64,000 nucleotides of DNA from an uncultured Flavobacteriaceae bacterium. GTDB taxonomy: Bacteria > Bacteroidota > Bacteroidia > NS11-12g > UBA955. Both the position numbers and the translations under genes were made by a program. Where the stretch lies: positions 1,326-65,325 of the forward strand of contig CAYYXG010000014.1 in the NCBI GenBank assembly GCA_964475595.1, read 5' to 3'. Of the stretch, positions 61,074 through 64,000 are shown in pieces (position 1 is the stretch's first letter; each line of letters starts with the position of its first letter). Below the pieces are notes generated by a model. That model saw nothing but the letters and a program-made list of their open reading frames with translations, ran no database searches and was not told the origin of the DNA.

Positions 61074-62831
61074 TTAACGTTTTTTAAGGATGTTTATTTT
61101 TTGAATTACCGAGTTTTTATTGGGAAAGGAGGAACAAAGCAGTGCTTTTTCATAACATTTCAGGGCTTTTTGGGTGTCCGTGTCATACAAATCTCCCATC
61201 AATTCCAGTGCCAAAGCGTTTTCCGGTAAGTACTTAGTTAGTAAAGCAATGGCTGTTTCCGGGTTTTGACGGGTGATTTTGGCGAGTCGGGCTTGTTGTA
61301 GCACACACTGAAAAAACGACCAGCAATCTCCCGTATTATACCCGCTGTAGCGTATTTCTTTTAAGATTTTAGGATTGCCGAACAGATTATTGAGTAAGGT
61401 GGTTGCTTCAGTGGAGTTATTTTGGGTTAAAGCCCATTCCACATTCACCATTAACGCATCGGTATTGATGGATGAATCTACTAATAAATAGCCAAGATCG
61501 GGTTTTTCGGTGGGAATCCCAATCTGCAGGGTTATATAGGATTTTAGTGCTGATAGGGCCAAATCATCCTCAGTGAAATTCTCTCCCTGAATACAAAAAA
61601 GCAGCGCTTCATCCAAATTGTTGTGGATATAAGCGGCAATGGCTTTCATTCGATATCCGGCGGGAATTAAGGGATATAACTCTGTAATAGAATCTGATTG
61701 TGAAACCGCCTTCAAGGTTTCGCAACCATAAGAGAGCGCGGTGATATATTGTTGCCAGAGCATGAGATTTTGCTCACCATCCTGAAGACGTGCCTTGAGA
61801 AATTCTGCTGCTTCGGCATGTTTCCCATGAAAGAGACACCATAATCCCAGGGCGTTTAAGGGGGTAAGTTCATCGGGGTGTGTTTCATGAAGACTACGCC
61901 ACAACCATTCACTGGAATCATAGGAGGGGTGACGTGGATGGTTATAGTTTTCAAGACATTCCCATTTGGTATCGAAAGAAAGTTTATTGGATTTTGCAAT
62001 TTGCAAAAGGTATGCGGGCAGTTCAGTATCAAGGCCACTACCCCTTGTTTTGCAGAGCAATATCTGTAATTCGGGGTTTTCCGGGTCTTTAGAGATCATG
62101 CTATCAAGCAGTCGGGCTGCTGCTTCGGTTTGGTTACCTTCTGTCAAAGTACTAACCTGTTTGAAAATATAATTTCTGCGATCCGGGTATTTTCTGCTCA
62201 AGGCGGCCCATTGTTCTGCTGCTTTCACCGGTTCATCCATCATATTCAGGGCCTGAGATTTATATTCCACAATGGGTTCTAAGAGCCCAAATTGCTGTTC
62301 CCATCGTTGGCACAGGTTGAGCACGTCTGACCATTCCCCGCCTAGGGAATAGTATTTTGCAGCATCTGAAAAGCAGGTCCAGGAGCGGGGGTGTTTCAGA
62401 GTATATCGGGCATAAATATCACCGGCATTTTTATAATCCCCCTTTTTTTGGAACAAACTTGCTTGCAGCCAAAGCCAATCCTCTACAGTACTATCGGTTT
62501 TTATAGCCTTTAAATTCCAGTCGAATGCATAATCTGTTTTGCCTGTTTTTACGGCGATACATGCTAACCGATGGTAGGCAGGGCCTGAGGGGAGTCCGCT
62601 TTGAATGTATCTTTTGAAGAGAGAGTCTGCCAGTTTCCAATTTTCCTGCACGTATTGTACTTCGGCGGCATAATACAATTCCCTAACTGCGCTGGTATCT
62701 ATGGCTTTGGATGATGCATCGGGAATTGGTTTTCGGGTTCCGCATCCCCATGCCAGCCAAAGCAACGGCAGCAAATAACTGCCGAGTCGAATCATGACTG
62801 TGTGGAATAATCGCCAATGCTGAGCTCGCAA
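61074..62831 (-). CDS. tetratricopeptide-repeat protein
   Basis: 585 aa with recurring W/LG/Y/A/F/P TPR-like spacing. Confidence 0.55.
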   Translation of the reverse strand: MRAQHWRLFHTVMIRLGSYLLPLLWLAWGCGTRKPIPDASSKAIDTSAVRELYYAAEVQYVQENWKLADSLFKRYIQSGLPSGPAYHRLACIAVKTGKTDYAFDWNLKAIKTDSTVEDWLWLQASLFQKKGDYKNAGDIYARYTLKHPRSWTCFSDAAKYYSLGGEWSDVLNLCQRWEQQFGLLEPIVEYKSQALNMMDEPVKAAEQWAALSRKYPDRRNYIFKQVSTLTEGNQTEAAARLLDSMISKDPENPELQILLCKTRGSGLDTELPAYLLQIAKSNKLSFDTKWECLENYNHPRHPSYDSSEWLWRSLHETHPDELTPLNALGLWCLFHGKHAEAAEFLKARLQDGEQNLMLWQQYITALSYGCETLKAVSQSDSITELYPLIPAGYRMKAIAAYIHNNLDEALLFCIQGENFTEDDLALSALKSYITLQIGIPTEKPDLGYLLVDSSINTDALMVNVEWALTQNNSTEATTLLNNLFGNPKILKEIRYSGYNTGDCWSFFQCVLQQARLAKITRQNPETAIALLTKYLPENALALELMGDLYDTDTQKALKCYEKALLCSSFPNKNSVIQKINILKKR

Positions 62832-63793
62832 CTTTCGCCGTTTAGGGTCACGTGGTTGCCGATCATGCTGTTGGTGAAGTTTAGGTTGCTGATTTGACTG
62901 TTGTTTTGAATGATGCTATTGGAAACCACGCAATTTTCGAGTTTTGAATGGTCTCCAATGCTTACATAAGGTCCAATCGTACAACCTTTCAGTTCCACGT
63001 TTTCTCCAATGAAACAGGGCTGAATAATTTGAGTTCCTCCGTTATACCTTTCAGGGGCAATGTGAAACAGTTCACGGCGGGTTTCCAGCAGACGCTTATT
63101 GGTATTTACGGTGGCGTCTTTGTTGCCGCAATCCCACCATTCATCCACCGCACCGGGCTTGAATCGCATGCCTTTGTTTTTCATGTTTTCCAGTGCATTG
63201 GTCAGCTGATATTCGCCTTTTTCTCGGATGTTGTTATCAATCAGATATTGCAGTTCGGTGTGCAATGTCTCACCACTCTTGAAATAGTAGATGCCGATGA
63301 TGGCCATGTCAGAGACAAACTCAGCCGGTTTTTCTACGAAATCGGTGATATAGTTTTCGTTATCGAGTTTTACCACGCCAAAGCTGGATGGATTGTCTAC
63401 CCTGTGCACCCAGATTACCCCATCGGGGTTGGTATCGAGGTGAAATTTTGCCCTGAAAAGGGTATCTGCAAAGGCCACAATGACTTCACCTTGGAGACTT
63501 TCTTTGGCACACAAAATGGCATGGGCTGTGCCCAGCGGGTCGTGCTGATAGCAAATTCTGCCTTTCGCGCCAACACTTTCCGCTATCTGCAGAAGATGTT
63601 TTTCGGTTTCGGTTCCAAAATCGCCAATCACAAAAGCAATTTCGTCTATGGGTTGATCACAGACAGCTGCAATATCTTCAATGAGCCAGTGAACGATGGG
63701 TTTGCCTGCTACGGGAAGCAGCGGTTTAGGTACGGTAAGTGTATGGGGCCGCATGCGTTTGCCCATGCCGGCCATGGGAATAATTAATTTCAT
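62792..63793 (-). CDS. sugar-phosphate nucleotidyltransferase with C-terminal left-handed beta-helix
   Basis: MKLIIPMAGMGKRMRP...PKPLLPVAGKPIV nucleotidyltransferase signature and hexapeptide-repeat tail. Confidence 0.65.
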   Translation of the reverse strand: MKLIIPMAGMGKRMRPHTLTVPKPLLPVAGKPIVHWLIEDIAAVCDQPIDEIAFVIGDFGTETEKHLLQIAESVGAKGRICYQHDPLGTAHAILCAKESLQGEVIVAFADTLFRAKFHLDTNPDGVIWVHRVDNPSSFGVVKLDNENYITDFVEKPAEFVSDMAIIGIYYFKSGETLHTELQYLIDNNIREKGEYQLTNALENMKNKGMRFKPGAVDEWWDCGNKDATVNTNKRLLETRRELFHIAPERYNGGTQIIQPCFIGENVELKGCTIGPYVSIGDHSKLENCVVSNSIIQNNSQISNLNFTNSMIGNHVTLNGESCELSIGDYSTQS

Positions 63794-64000
63794 GTATCAG
63801 TCAGGTTTTGGGTTTTTGCCCAAAAACAATGCAAATTAAATACAAAGGTATCAATTTTGATGTTTTGTTAACATTAAGTAAGCCAAGAATCATGTGAGGC
63901 TGGTCATAGCATCGTGTTATTGTAAATAATACAATATGCCGTATGAATGGCCATTGATTGCGTATGGGAAAAGCACTATTTTAGATTAAATATGCAGGTA

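Overview
This looks like a Bacteroidota (Chitinophagaceae/Sphingobacteriia-like) chromosomal window. The outer parts are GC-normal (~48-52%) housekeeping DNA, called mostly on sequence motifs. On the left: a partial SAM-methyltransferase and an M28 peptidase. On the right: selU, an SDR, an S46 dipeptidyl-peptidase, yifB/comM, lpxK, a TSP3-OmpA, hbd, an M23 peptidase, a TPR protein and a sugar nucleotidyltransferase. Between ~3.2 kb and ~34.7 kb lies a ~31 kb AT-rich accessory island directly downstream of the tmRNA gene. ssrA sits on the minus strand at 34720-35086 and encodes the tag GENNYALAA. The island's ssrA-proximal end carries a tyrosine integrase, an unknown ORF, an Xis-like HTH protein, and a 1.35 kb non-coding region full of TGATTAATCA-type palindromic repeats. 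I found no phage structural genes. The cargo has three parts. (i) A tightly packed 9-gene minus-strand operon (3517-19630): a ~1000-aa actin/Hsp70-fold protein (SrfB-like), a ~950-aa P-loop NTPase (SrfC-like), a membrane-anchored S8 subtilase, a second P-loop ATPase, and several membrane/secreted proteins including two tandem paralogs. This combination appears uncharacterised. (ii) A GC-normal ADP-ribosylglycohydrolase gene whose first ~88 codons are duplicated 9.4 kb away. (iii) Bracketed by that duplication, a defence-type module: a type II restriction-modification system (putative endonuclease, C5-cytosine methyltransferase, Vsr), a GHKL/paraMORC-like ATPase with two unknown partner genes, and a protein made of repeated Zn-ribbons fused to a Vsr/DUF559-like endonuclease domain. 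A second gene-end duplication (the 3' ~430 bp of the M28 peptidase gene at ~93% identity) flanks a small AT-rich insert carrying a DUF1810 gene. Outside the island, at 39.1-47.4 kb, there is a co-directional array of 13 small (~140 aa) secreted paralogs bracketed by two larger repeat-containing secreted paralogs. Their variation is concentrated in two loop regions, and there is an identical-5'-end conversion tract between two neighbouring copies. I consider this array the most unusual candidate for an undescribed system in the window. All functional calls are motif- or architecture-based from reading the sequence. No database search was possible.
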